This document shows, piece by piece, positions 47,400 through 57,140 of a DNA stretch of 64,000 bases. Position 1 is the first letter of the stretch, and each line of letters begins with the position of its first letter. A program made the translations under genes and the position numbers. The notes under the pieces are model-generated. The model had not been told where the DNA came from. It ran no database searches and saw only the letters and a list, made by a program, of their open reading frames with translations. Origin of the DNA: Prochlorococcus sp. AG-679-M23 (lineage in GTDB: Bacteria; Cyanobacteriota; Cyanobacteriia; PCC-6307; Cyanobiaceae); NCBI GenBank assembly GCA_003208875.1, contig QCUR01000001.1:288001-352000 (forward strand), in the 5' to 3' direction.

Positions 47400-47744
47400 T
47401 TATTTAAACCATCCTTTTTTAATCGGAGTTTTTTCTTCTTCTTTTTTAATAGAAGCTATTTTGACAGCTTTCTTAAAAGCTAAGTTAGCTTCTACTACTG
47501 TTATTGTTGATATAAGAAATAAGCCTGATATACCTATTAATTGTTCTGTTTGACTTGGTTCTTTATCTCCTTGCAAAATTATTCCTATAACAAACCATGC
47601 AGTCACTACTCCAGTAGTAATGAAATATGGTAACCATCTTCTCTGATATAGATAACCAGTTCCAACTCCTGGTAAGAAATTAAGTAGTGATGCGACCCAT
47701 CCGCTTGAAGAAGCTAATACTTGATCTTTTGATAATTTATCCAT
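47400..47744 (-). CDS. Hypothetical membrane protein
   Basis: LLNFLPGVGTGYLYQRRW and two TM helices. Confidence 0.75.
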   Translation of the reverse strand: MDKLSKDQVLASSSGWVASLLNFLPGVGTGYLYQRRWLPYFITTGVVTAWFVIGIILQGDKEPSQTEQLIGISGLFLISTITVVEANLAFKKAVKIASIKKEEEKTPIKKGWFK

Positions 47745-47748
47745 TTAA

Positions 47749-47853
47749 CTAAGTGTTAATTAAATGAGAATTTATGTAAGCAAAAGATATAACTGCACAA
47801 ACTACCCAACTAAAAGGCAAAAACATTCTTATTTTTTCTTGCTTATCTTTCAT
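47749..47853 (-). CDS. 34-aa single-TM peptide
   Basis: MKDKQEKIRMFLPFSWVVCAVISFAYINSHLINT; stop 4 nt before the next start. Confidence 0.55.
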   Translation of the reverse strand: MKDKQEKIRMFLPFSWVVCAVISFAYINSHLINT

Positions 47854-47916
47854 TCCTTTATTATGGAAAAGATTTTATGAATTCGTGGTTTAAAAAATTT
47901 ATAAATTAATTGAGAA

Positions 47917-47944
47917 AAAAGACGGCTAAAAATAACCGTCTTTT
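47917..47944 (-). terminator. Rho-independent terminator
   Basis: AAAAGACGG-loop-CCGTCTTTT downstream of ORF 47970..48209. Confidence 0.75.
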
Positions 47945-47969
47945 AAGAAATAATTTTTTTGAAAAAAAA

Positions 47970-48209
47970 CTATGCTTTTCCTTTAGTTCCGGAAAGTAAT
48001 TTAAGCTCATTCTTGACTTCTTTTTCCCTTTCTTCAAGATGTTTTAATTGAGATTTAAAAGCATCTTCAAGTCTTTTTCTTTGGGTTGTGATTTCATCAA
48101 GTTCTTCTTGATGATGGTTTTTCTTTAGTTCTTTCATCTCAGTATCAGAAATAACAAATACTGGACGATATGAAGGAGTTTCAAAAAGAAGATCAAACAT
48201 TGAATACAT
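47970..48209 (-). CDS. Coiled-coil hypothetical protein
   Basis: MYSMFDLLF...PVFVISD.E, charged heptads; has its own terminator. Confidence 0.75.
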   Translation of the reverse strand: MYSMFDLLFETPSYRPVFVISDTEMKELKKNHHQEELDEITTQRKRLEDAFKSQLKHLEEREKEVKNELKLLSGTKGKA

Positions 48210-48413
48210 AGTGACCTTTGAATTAAGTACAAGTCAAATATCTTACAAATATTTGAATCTTGTAAGGATACAAACCGAAAAAAATTATACGGCAAATACA
48301 CCGAATTTCGGTTTACCTAACTAAACCGGCCAGTATTTACCGATCTATTTTTTATCGCTAATGTAATGTACAGGTATATTCGGACATGAGCTGAGGATGT
48401 TTTAGAAGTAAAA

Positions 48414-48830
48414 ATGGATTTAATTATTACTTCCAGATTAGTAATTCCTTCAAGAGAATTAAAATGGCGTTTTTCTAGATCATCTGGCCCGGGAGGTCAA
48501 AAAGTAAATAAAACTAATACTAGAGTAGAAATTATTTTTAATATCAAAGAATCAAAAGTCTTAAATGATTATCAAAAAAAAGTTTTAACGAAAAAATTGA
48601 AAACTAAATTAGTCAATAACTGTATATGTCTAGCCGTCCAGGAGGAAAGGAATCAATTACTTAATAGACAAATAGCTATAAAAAGAATTAGCTCAGAAAT
48701 TAGAAATTCATTAAACAATTCATCCAAAATTAGAAAAGCTACAAAACCATCTAAAGCTTCTCAAAATAGAAGGCTTGACTCCAAAAAAAAACGGGGAGAA
48801 CTAAAAAAGAATCGACAGATAAAGTATTAA
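48414..48830 (+). CDS. arfB: Alternative ribosome rescue peptidyl-tRNA hydrolase
   Basis: RSSGPGGQKVNK, ERNQLLNR, basic C-tail RKATKP...RRLDSKKKRGELK. Confidence 0.92.
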   Translation: MDLIITSRLVIPSRELKWRFSRSSGPGGQKVNKTNTRVEIIFNIKESKVLNDYQKKVLTKKLKTKLVNNCICLAVQEERNQLLNRQIAIKRISSEIRNSLNNSSKIRKATKPSKASQNRRLDSKKKRGELKKNRQIKY

Positions 48831-48938
48831 ATTATTTAAATTAATTTTGGTGAAAATATTTTCTAACTATCAATGTCTAAATTGGATTATTTTATGGATA
48901 TCTTTGATTTGACTTCTTTTCATTAAACTTCCAAATAA

Positions 48939-49187
48939 ATGAAAAAAGAATATGATTTTTGGTTAATTGACTCTAACTCAGTTGGAGTAATTCGTTTTTA
49001 TAAAAATAACCAAAATAAAGAGGATTTGATCGAATTTATGTTTATTGAAGAGGGCATCGTCATGGGTATTCATGGAGAAAATCCTCCTTTAATGAAAACA
49101 AGAAAAGAAATGAAGATCCAAGATGCAAGATTATTTTGGAAAAAATTAATAAATGAAGGATGGGAAAAAACCAATCCTAAATGGTAA
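48939..49187 (+). CDS. Conserved hypothetical protein (DUF1651-like)
   Basis: WLI...PPLMKTR...A...WKKL...GW....P.W. Confidence 0.7.
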   Translation: MKKEYDFWLIDSNSVGVIRFYKNNQNKEDLIEFMFIEEGIVMGIHGENPPLMKTRKEMKIQDARLFWKKLINEGWEKTNPKW

Positions 49188-49329
49188 ATATATTTTCCTT
49201 TTAAAATAATTTCAAATTTAGAAAAATAAATTTATTTCTCAAAAACGAATTTTTTAAATTTTAAAATGTTTTCCAATATCAGTTACTAAATTTAAAAAAC
49301 TAAATTATGAATATATTTTATTTATAAAT

Positions 49330-49497
49330 TTATACGCTTATAAAAGTTCCTTTAGGATATAACTCTGAAATTCTATTCTTTTGTATAATTTTTCTTTTCT
49401 TAAGGTCATTTTCATATCTATTTAACATCATCAAATAATTAGTAGATCCAAACAAAAACAAAAAAATAATGAATTGAAATCCTGCCTCTAAGTTCAT
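49330..49497 (-). CDS. 55-aa single-TM protein
   Basis: MNLEAGFQFIIFLFLFGSTNYLMMLNRYENDLKKRK...YPKGTFISV. Confidence 0.5.
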   Translation of the reverse strand: MNLEAGFQFIIFLFLFGSTNYLMMLNRYENDLKKRKIIQKNRISELYPKGTFISV

Positions 49498-49687
49498 AAT
49501 TTTATATTTAAACTTTATTTAAATTTGACAACTTTTTTATAAAAAGCCATCAGTATTTATATCTATTTAAAAGAAAAATTAATATCTCTATAAAATTAAA
49601 GGATTTTTTATAGGAATATATAAGTTAATTTATTAATTTTCAATAGCAATTTGTTTTGACAATGCTTAGCATTTAAAAAAAACAAAT

Positions 49688-49948
49688 TTGAATAATAATT
49701 TATCAGAACAAGCTTTTAATCAACTCCTTTTGCAAATTGTGGGTAAAAAATTAATAGATAGTCTTAATATGATTGATTCAGATTCAAAATCAAAGATTGA
49801 AAAATGCATAGCTATCACTAATGAAGAATATTCTTATGCATTATCATTACAGGCTGATTGTGTTCCAGATTCTAAAAGAATGATAATTCAAGCTCAAAAA
49901 AAATTAGAAAGTCTCAACTCATTGTTGACTTTAGCGAAAATAATATAA
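49688..49948 (+). CDS. Hypothetical protein
   Basis: 86-aa ORF with a TTG start. Confidence 0.5.
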   Translation: MNNNLSEQAFNQLLLQIVGKKLIDSLNMIDSDSKSKIEKCIAITNEEYSYALSLQADCVPDSKRMIIQAQKKLESLNSLLTLAKII

Positions 49949-49967
49949 ATTTTAAAACGATTCCTAT

Positions 49968-50837
49968 TTACTTTATAAATTTGAATATCTGATTCTTAAA
50001 TTTTAAAAAGTAAAAAATGCAGGAAATTAGTAATAATGAAATACCATAGGAACCACCTAATGGATTTGTATTAGGCGCGCCATAACCAACTAACCAGACA
50101 GGCGCTTCTTTAGATATATTTATTAAACCATTATTTAAAACAAACCAAATACCGACAAGTCCACCATGTAGACCAATAGCTCCCCACAATGATCCCTCAT
50201 CTTTTAATCTTATAATCGAACAAAGGATTCCTAAAATGAATAAACCTAGAAGAATGCCTAATGTATTCCAAAATGGCATTTTGAATCCAATATGAACAAG
50301 GCTAAAAACTATAGATTGGCTAATTAAGGCAACTTTTATTCCAAATTGAAGTTTTAAGTCTTCTAAAAGCCATCCCCTAAAAATTATTTCTTCAGCAACT
50401 CCAATGCCAAAAGTAAGTAAAATCCCATTTAATATTATTTCTGAGGACAATCCTCCTGAAAAAGTAATGTAATTACTTTTGAGTAATGGTATCAAAATTA
50501 AAATTAGTAATATTAAAGCAAAAATAATCCCTTGAGAAAAAGATAAGATATTATTCAATAAAGTTTTATTATTTATACCAAGTGTTTCCCAACTATTTCT
50601 TATTTGCCATCGAAAATTAAACCATGCAGGCATTAAGGCAATAAATAATAAAAATGTAAATATTGTTCCTATTAATGATAAAGCTTCTTTGCTTAAATTT
50701 AAAAATAAAAATGACTGTGAGAATATCCAACCTATTAAGTAAAGAAATGGGATAAAAATTATAGTTATAAAAATGTTAGTTTTATTAAGAAAAATACTGT
50801 TTGTTTGGTTTTTGCTTTTCTTGTTTTGATTATGCAT
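49968..50837 (-). CDS. CPBP (CAAX protease/Abi) family membrane protein
   Basis: EEIIFRG, FSLVH, SLWGAIGLHG. Confidence 0.88.
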   Translation of the reverse strand: MHNQNKKSKNQTNSIFLNKTNIFITIIFIPFLYLIGWIFSQSFLFLNLSKEALSLIGTIFTFLLFIALMPAWFNFRWQIRNSWETLGINNKTLLNNILSFSQGIIFALILLILILIPLLKSNYITFSGGLSSEIILNGILLTFGIGVAEEIIFRGWLLEDLKLQFGIKVALISQSIVFSLVHIGFKMPFWNTLGILLGLFILGILCSIIRLKDEGSLWGAIGLHGGLVGIWFVLNNGLINISKEAPVWLVGYGAPNTNPLGGSYGISLLLISCIFYFLKFKNQIFKFIK

Positions 50838-50864
50838 AATTTTTTATTTAATAAATTAATCAAG

Positions 50865-51095
50865 CTAAAGTTTTCTTATCGATTCATCTATATTTTTTGA
50901 CGAGCCTGCCTTTCCAGTTAAGACCCTAAAAATTTGTTGTAACAAATTCGACTTTTTATTTTTATTATGAATTACTTTTTTAGATAGGTGTGATAAATCT
51001 CTATAAAATTTCCTGGTAATTTTATCTTCTTCTTCGCTAGGCCAAAGTAAATTAGAACCTTCTTCATATTCTTCCTGGTATCTTTTTTTATTCAT
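50865..51095 (-). CDS. Hypothetical protein
   Basis: 76-aa ORF co-oriented with the CPBP gene. Confidence 0.55.
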   Translation of the reverse strand: MNKKRYQEEYEEGSNLLWPSEEEDKITRKFYRDLSHLSKKVIHNKNKKSNLLQQIFRVLTGKAGSSKNIDESIRKL

Positions 51096-51183
51096 TTTTT
51101 TTCATATCTAAACAATGTAAATTCTACTTATTGCCAATACTTAAAAGTATTCTTTACTTAGTTTGTATATTTATTTAAATGTA

Positions 51184-51273
51184 ATGGAACTTAATTTCAA
51201 GACTTTAATGTTTACAGCATTATCTCCAATACTCATTGTTGCAGCAATCCTTGTAGTGTATTTATTTCATTAA
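51184..51273 (+). CDS. 29-aa single-TM peptide
   Basis: MELNFKTLMFTALSPILIVAAILVVYLFH. Confidence 0.45.
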   Translation: MELNFKTLMFTALSPILIVAAILVVYLFH

Positions 51274-51313
51274 TTTCAATTTTGTTATCTAGAAATTTCA
51301 AATTTAAATAATT

Positions 51314-51409
51314 TTAAGGGTGAATAATCCCTGTTTTTTCTAAAACAAAGGATAAAATTGCTATGGCAGCCATAACTGTAAGGATCTTGTTCTTATTGAT
51401 GAAATCCAT
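51314..51409 (-). CDS. 31-aa single-TM peptide
   Basis: MDFINKNKILTVMAAIAILSFVLEKTGIIHP. Confidence 0.5.
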   Translation of the reverse strand: MDFINKNKILTVMAAIAILSFVLEKTGIIHP

Positions 51410-51574
51410 ATAAGATATAGATAATTAATAACTAGTGCTATTTTTAAAAGTTAAGCGTATTTGGTTTTATATTCAATTATTTAAAAAAAAAAACATATTT
51501 CATTAATAAAAATTTTCATAAATAACGATACTAAACTGTAAATTATATTTAAATTTAGTTTAAAGATTATTTTT

Positions 51575-51916
51575 ATGGATAAAAAAGGAGCAAAAGGCTA
51601 TTGGATATCAACAGCAAAAATAATTAATCAGGAATTATTTGATGAGTATGTAAATAAAGTTGCTCCATGGCTAAAAGAAGTTGGTGGGGAAGTATTTGCA
51701 AAAGATACAGAACCATTAGGAAAGGAACGAACTGAGGATTCTAATTTAGCTGTTATTTGTGAATTTCCCTCCATGAGGGCTGCAGTTGAAGCTTTTGAAT
51801 CTGAAGAATATAGAGAACTTTCAAAGTTAAGAAGAAAAGCAACTGAGAATTCTACCTTTACAATAATGGAAGGTTTAGATGAAGCTGCAAAATTAAGAAG
51901 AGCGATGGGGAAATAA
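51575..51916 (+). CDS. DUF1330-family protein
   Basis: KGYWI...Y...GG...EFPS...A...S.EY. Confidence 0.8.
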   Translation: MDKKGAKGYWISTAKIINQELFDEYVNKVAPWLKEVGGEVFAKDTEPLGKERTEDSNLAVICEFPSMRAAVEAFESEEYRELSKLRRKATENSTFTIMEGLDEAAKLRRAMGK

Positions 51917-51983
51917 TTTGTTATTCATAATTTCTGTGATTTCTATATATAGTGATTAATAAGAGAATATTTATAAGAAATTT

Positions 51984-52124
51984 ATGAAACACAGCTATGT
52001 TGGAAATTTAATACCCTCTATAAACTCCTATCAGAAAATTATTGATCAATATGAAAGAGGTTTAAAAAAAGGAGAATTTTATGAGGAGCAAATTGGAGAA
52101 GATTTAATTTATCCAGATTGGTAA
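51984..52124 (+). CDS. 46-aa hypothetical protein
   Basis: MKHSYVGNLIPSINSYQKIIDQYERG...LIYPDW; stop 2 nt before the next ATG. Confidence 0.5.
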   Translation: MKHSYVGNLIPSINSYQKIIDQYERGLKKGEFYEEQIGEDLIYPDW

Positions 52125-52126
52125 AA

Positions 52127-52315
52127 ATGCTTACAACAAAAATTACTTATGCTCTATCAGATTGGATTAGAGAGTGGCGAAAATGTAGAAAAAAAAATCC
52201 ATCTCTTGATGATTGTATAAAGTTTACAGAATGGAAAATAGAAAATTATGAATTAACAGATAGTGATCGTATGATAATTGAGAGTATTTTACTTTATGAA
52301 ACTGAAGAAAGTTGA
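52127..52315 (+). CDS. Hypothetical protein
   Basis: MLTTKITYALSDWIREW...ILLYETEES. Confidence 0.65.
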   Translation: MLTTKITYALSDWIREWRKCRKKNPSLDDCIKFTEWKIENYELTDSDRMIIESILLYETEES

Positions 52316-52320
52316 AAATT

Positions 52321-53532
52321 TTATAAATCTAATTTTTCATATAAATTTCTCCCCTTCCAAGTCCATCCATTTCCAGTAATTGTTCTATAAATAGATAAAA
52401 AACTTATATAAATTACAATAAATCCGCCTATGCTATTGAGGTACCAGTAATTATTAGGGATATCAAATTTATTCTTAAATATTAGCCTTTTTAATCCATA
52501 ACTAATAATAGATATAAAAGAAATTAGAAAAGATAGTAAATATATCTTTGTATTATCAGTAAAATTAATTTTTATTAGTGATATCAGAAATAAAATCAAA
52601 GGAAATGAATATAAGAAAAATACAAATATTGATGCACTTAGTGATTTTAAAATATTTTTTTCAAGGCCTAGGAACCAGTTTTTACTCCATCCTTCTATTA
52701 ATGAATTTAAATTTCTATACATATTAAGAGAGATATCGTTAATTGCTATAGAAAAATTTAAATTTAAATTATTTGATTTTATTTTTTCGGCTAATGCTAA
52801 ATCTTCAACTACTTCATTATATGTTTCTAGATGTCCGCCAATTAGATCATAAGATTTTTTTTTAAATAGCATAAATGGACCTGCGGCAAAAGAATCTTTA
52901 TTTGACGAATCATTAGTTTTAAAGATTGGGAAACCTAGCATAAGAAGACTAGTCATTATTGGTTGGACCATCCACTCCGCTAAGCAATTACAATTTATTT
53001 TTGGAGCTAAAGATAGTAAATCAATATCATCTGTACAAGATTTTAATAATGCATTAAAAATACAATTTTTACCAATTATGACGTCCGCATCTATAAATAA
53101 AATCCAATCAGTGGTTAATTGTTTTGAACCTTTATAGCAAGCCCAATTTTTCCCAACCCAATTTTTGTCACTTGGTCTATCCCCAGACGAAATAATTTCT
53201 ATATCATCATTTTTTTGAAAATATTCATCTTTACATTTTATAGCCGCATGATATGTATCATCAGTACTTGAATCATCAACAACTAAAATTTTAAAAGTTT
53301 GGCTAGGTTTTTTTATTTCACTTAATGCTTTTAGGCAATTGACAATATTTATCTCTTCATTATAAGCCGGTATTAAAATTGATAAGCTCTCATTAAGTGG
53401 CTTTGAATAAACAGAATTTTTTAAAAAAGGTGCTTTATTAAAAATATATATTTCATAAAATAATGAAAATAATATTAGAACAAAAGATAAAAAACCTAAA
53501 TACAAGAGAATGCTATTTGTATTTAAAATCAT
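52321..53532 (-). CDS. GT2 membrane glycosyltransferase (HpnB/CrtQ/CruG-like)
   Basis: IPAYNEE, VVDDSSTD, WVGKNWAC, DAD, ED, WSKN, WKGR. Confidence 0.88.
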   Translation of the reverse strand: MILNTNSILLYLGFLSFVLILFSLFYEIYIFNKAPFLKNSVYSKPLNESLSILIPAYNEEINIVNCLKALSEIKKPSQTFKILVVDDSSTDDTYHAAIKCKDEYFQKNDDIEIISSGDRPSDKNWVGKNWACYKGSKQLTTDWILFIDADVIIGKNCIFNALLKSCTDDIDLLSLAPKINCNCLAEWMVQPIMTSLLMLGFPIFKTNDSSNKDSFAAGPFMLFKKKSYDLIGGHLETYNEVVEDLALAEKIKSNNLNLNFSIAINDISLNMYRNLNSLIEGWSKNWFLGLEKNILKSLSASIFVFFLYSFPLILFLISLIKINFTDNTKIYLLSFLISFISIISYGLKRLIFKNKFDIPNNYWYLNSIGGFIVIYISFLSIYRTITGNGWTWKGRNLYEKLDL

Positions 53533-53978
53533 TTCCTGGGTCTTATACTTAGGATCTCTAGATACTTTTTTAATATTAAAAGTATGGCTTTAAAATCTAC
53601 TTGAATAACATAGAACAAACAAAGCATTAGAATTCTCGTATAAATCGATAAAAAAGTAAATCAGCATATTTACCGATTTACTTGAAATAGAGATAGGAGT
53701 AATTTATGAATGTTGAGTTAGGAGGCAATCTAAATGATTGATAGTCCGCCTGAAATTTAGCAAATTTACTAATATAGGAAGTGTATTCCTGACAATGGGA
53801 TTAATCGAAAAATAAAGTTCAATCAATTAGTCTGATAAGACTTCGCTTTATAATTACCAGCGACAAAAAAGAACTAAATTTATCGAGAAGTATCCCCTAA
53901 TCCAACTATTTAAAGCTCATGAATAAATGAACTTTATAATATGTTTTAAAAATCCTGAAAGTAGGAAATAAGAAATTT

Positions 53979-54010
53979 AAAAGAGGCCTGTTATAACTGG
54001 CCTCTTTTTT
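53979..54010 (+). terminator. Rho-independent terminator-like hairpin
   Basis: AAAGAGGCC-TG...CT-GGCCTCTTTTTT. Confidence 0.65.
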
Positions 54011-54085
54011 ACTGATTTATATAATTTTAAATTTTTATTATTAGTTAATATTAAATTTCAATTTGAAATAAATTATATTTATAGA

Positions 54086-55036
54086 ATGAAAGAGAAAAAT
54101 TTATTCCCCTCCATCGAGCCAAGAGAAAAGGGTTTTTTACAGGTAAGTAAAATTCATTCTATCTATTGGGAAAGATCTGGAAATCCAAAAGGTAAAAAGA
54201 TATTAGTAATTCATGGTGGTCCTGGAGGAGGAAGTCAGCCAAGATATAGGCGATATTTTAATCCTGAAAAATTTGATATTGTTCAATTTGATCAAAGAGG
54301 CTGCGGTTCTTCAAGACCTTTTTCAGAATTAAGAGAAAATACAACAGGCGACCTAGTAGATGATATTGAAAAATTAAGAGTAAATTTGAAAATAGATTCT
54401 TGGCATTTGTTTGGGGGTTCATGGGGCTCTACTCTGGCTTTAATTTATTCAATTAAAAATCCATCAAGAGTCTTAAGTATGACCTTAAGAGGAATATTTT
54501 TATGTAGAAAATTTGAACTCTTATGGTTTTATCAATATGGCGCAAGTGAGATATTCCCTGAAGAGTTTGAAAAATATATTGCAGTAATTCCTAAGGATGA
54601 AAGGGTTGATTTGATAGCTTCTTTTTATAAATATCTTACCTCCCCAGATATTGAACTTAGATCAAAAGCAGCTACTGCATGGACAAATTGGGAACTTTCT
54701 ACAAGCCATCTTATAAAAAGAGATATTGATGTTGGTAAAAGTAAAACTAATTCCTTTTCGGATGCTTTTGCTAGAATAGAATGTCATTATTTTATAAATA
54801 AGATCTTCTTAGAAGAAAATTTTATTTTGAAAAATATAAATATTATAGAATCCATACCAACTAAAATAATTCAAGGCAGATATGACGTAGTTTGTCCTGT
54901 AAGGAGTGCTTGGGACCTTAGTAGAAAATTAATAAATTCAGAGTTAATTATCGTAGATGAAGCTGGTCATTCAATGAGCGAAAAAGGCATCACATTAAAA
55001 TTATTAGATTCAGTTCAAAGATTAGAAAGTTTTTAG
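54086..55036 (+). CDS. pip: Proline iminopeptidase
   Basis: HGGPGGG, FDQRGCG, FGGSWG, QGRYD, AGH. Confidence 0.95.
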   Translation: MKEKNLFPSIEPREKGFLQVSKIHSIYWERSGNPKGKKILVIHGGPGGGSQPRYRRYFNPEKFDIVQFDQRGCGSSRPFSELRENTTGDLVDDIEKLRVNLKIDSWHLFGGSWGSTLALIYSIKNPSRVLSMTLRGIFLCRKFELLWFYQYGASEIFPEEFEKYIAVIPKDERVDLIASFYKYLTSPDIELRSKAATAWTNWELSTSHLIKRDIDVGKSKTNSFSDAFARIECHYFINKIFLEENFILKNINIIESIPTKIIQGRYDVVCPVRSAWDLSRKLINSELIIVDEAGHSMSEKGITLKLLDSVQRLESF

Positions 55037-55067
55037 GCAAATTTTATATAAATAAATTTATCAAGCG

Positions 55068-55241
55068 TTATAGACCATTATCTTCGATATTTTTAGCAAT
55101 ACTTCTTAGTAACTCAACGATATCAGAGTCATCACATTCTGTATCCTCTTTCAGCAGAATACATTCATCTCTAATGCTTACATTAGTACTCCACCAAATT
55201 CCGGAACTATTAGTATCGTCCCATTCAAATCTATCGGACAT
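55068..55241 (-). CDS. 57-aa acidic hypothetical protein (not in track)
   Basis: MSDRFEWDDTNSSGIWWSTNVSIRDECILLKEDTECDDSDIVELLRSIAKNIEDNGL; 5 nt after the upstream stop. Confidence 0.65.
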   Translation of the reverse strand: MSDRFEWDDTNSSGIWWSTNVSIRDECILLKEDTECDDSDIVELLRSIAKNIEDNGL

Positions 55242-55246
55242 TACTA

Positions 55247-55492
55247 CTACGAGTTCACTTTGATTTCTTCTTTAATATCTTCTTTGATTTCTTCCTTTAC
55301 TTCTTCTGGCCATTCAATATCAAATGTTGAATACTCTTCGGTTGCAAATCCTTCAGGATGGCGCTTACAAATTTTTCTTCTTCTAACAAAAACGTGGTCA
55401 ACTCTTTTTTCTTCGTCCGGTGTAACTGTCCTTTCAATTTCTATAACTTCGGTAAATTCTGTTGATTTAAGCTCAATTGTAGGTTTCTTCAT
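55247..55492 (-). CDS. Hypothetical protein with a C-terminal 4-aa repeat
   Basis: EEVK EEIK EDIK EEIK encoded by 12-nt repeats at 55259-55306. Confidence 0.7.
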   Translation of the reverse strand: MKKPTIELKSTEFTEVIEIERTVTPDEEKRVDHVFVRRRKICKRHPEGFATEEYSTFDIEWPEEVKEEIKEDIKEEIKVNS

Positions 55493-55634
55493 GCTTACAA
55501 TAAATAACCTTTATACATTAAAGGTTGATACTAATGATCGTGGATTTCTAGTTGTAACTTATTTAACTTAAATTCTTTCTAAAAATAAATTTTTTGACAG
55601 ATTTTAAGGTTTTAATTTTTTGAATAAATTAAAT

Positions 55635-57140
55635 TTATAATTCAAGATTTAATTCATATTGAAGATCACCTTTTGGTTTTATATTGATTTTTTTAGGATG
55701 ATTTTTTTTCTTAATTAATGATGTTCTTCTAGATCCGTGTTTTAAATATACTTCTTTTGAAATATCCCAATAACCATCTATTTGAGTTATTTCTTGAATC
55801 TTTTTTCTGGCAATCTTGGTTGTTTTTGAGAGGTCGATTATTGGTTTTGCATATTCAGAATTTGAATACTCAGTTGAATTGAAATTTTCCATCAACCAAG
55901 GTTCATGTATAAAGTTATCAGGATAATGTTTTATCTCCGGTACCCATTTTCTAATAAAATTCCCTTTTGGATCATGATCTTTCCCTTGCTTAATAGGATT
56001 ATAAATTCTATTTATATTTATAGAGGTTGTACCAGATTGCATTTGGCATTGATTCCAATGAATTCCAGGCTCATAGTCAATAAATTTGCATGCCAATACT
56101 GAACCAGAATCTTGCCATGGTATCCATAAGTTATAGCTTGCAAAAGACATCAACATTGCACGCATTCTGAAATTAAGCCAGCCATTAAAATTCAAAGATC
56201 TCATACAGGCATCTAAGAAAGGAAAACCAGTTTTACCTTCACTCCATAATTGGAGTAAATCATTATCTTTTTTTCTGATTTTCTGGAAATATGGATGAAA
56301 TTCTTTAAATTCTAATTCTGGTTCACTTTCAAGTTTTTGAATAAAGTGACAATGCCAAGTTAATCTACTTTTTAGCATTTTAGAATTAGTATTTTTCATT
56401 AAATTAGCTTTATAAAAAATCTCTTTTAAAGATATACAGCCCCAACTTAAATAAGGAGAAAGTCTTGAACAGCTATAAAATGATTTCTCGGGGCTTGAAA
56501 TGTCTTTTGAGTAAGAATTTAATTTCTTACTGAAAAAATATTCCATTCTTTTTAGACCATTTTCCCTCCCACCCTTTAATCTTCCTTCACATAAATCATC
56601 TTTAAAGCAAAAGAAATTATCTGGTGGTATTGCTCCAGTATCAATTTCTATAGGATTAATATTTGAAGGCTCTAATAACAATTTTTTCTCCATATTTTTT
56701 TTCCATTTTTTTGACCAATTATTTCTATCTAAATTTCCTCTAAAAACAGAAAATTGTAAATATTCCTTCCAAATTATTTTTTTCATTGAAGCCCATTTTC
56801 TAACTTCTTTATCTCTTTTATATGTAAAATAGTCACCAGTTTCTTGATGGCTATAAATACCCTTTATATTGAATTTATTAGATATCTCATCAAAAATTTC
56901 AATAACTTTGCCTGTTCTAATTATTAAAGGTTGTCCAATATTTGCAAGTGAATTTCTTAAATCTATAAGACTCTCCTTGCAAAATTGCCACTGCCTATCT
57001 GAATAAGTTTTTTGTCTCCATAGTTCTTTTTCAACTATATAAATAGGTAATATATCCCAATCTTTTAAAGATTCAATTAGAGCTTCATTATCTTTTACTC
57101 TTAAATCTCTTTTAAACCATAGTATATTTATATCTTTCAT
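55635..57140 (-). CDS. Cryptochrome/DNA photolyase family protein
   Basis: WFKRDLRV.DN, SRLSPYL, G.TGFPFLDACMR.L, WLNFRMR, DYE, DP.G.FIRKWVPE. Confidence 0.92.
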   Translation of the reverse strand: MKDINILWFKRDLRVKDNEALIESLKDWDILPIYIVEKELWRQKTYSDRQWQFCKESLIDLRNSLANIGQPLIIRTGKVIEIFDEISNKFNIKGIYSHQETGDYFTYKRDKEVRKWASMKKIIWKEYLQFSVFRGNLDRNNWSKKWKKNMEKKLLLEPSNINPIEIDTGAIPPDNFFCFKDDLCEGRLKGGRENGLKRMEYFFSKKLNSYSKDISSPEKSFYSCSRLSPYLSWGCISLKEIFYKANLMKNTNSKMLKSRLTWHCHFIQKLESEPELEFKEFHPYFQKIRKKDNDLLQLWSEGKTGFPFLDACMRSLNFNGWLNFRMRAMLMSFASYNLWIPWQDSGSVLACKFIDYEPGIHWNQCQMQSGTTSININRIYNPIKQGKDHDPKGNFIRKWVPEIKHYPDNFIHEPWLMENFNSTEYSNSEYAKPIIDLSKTTKIARKKIQEITQIDGYWDISKEVYLKHGSRRTSLIKKKNHPKKINIKPKGDLQYELNLEL

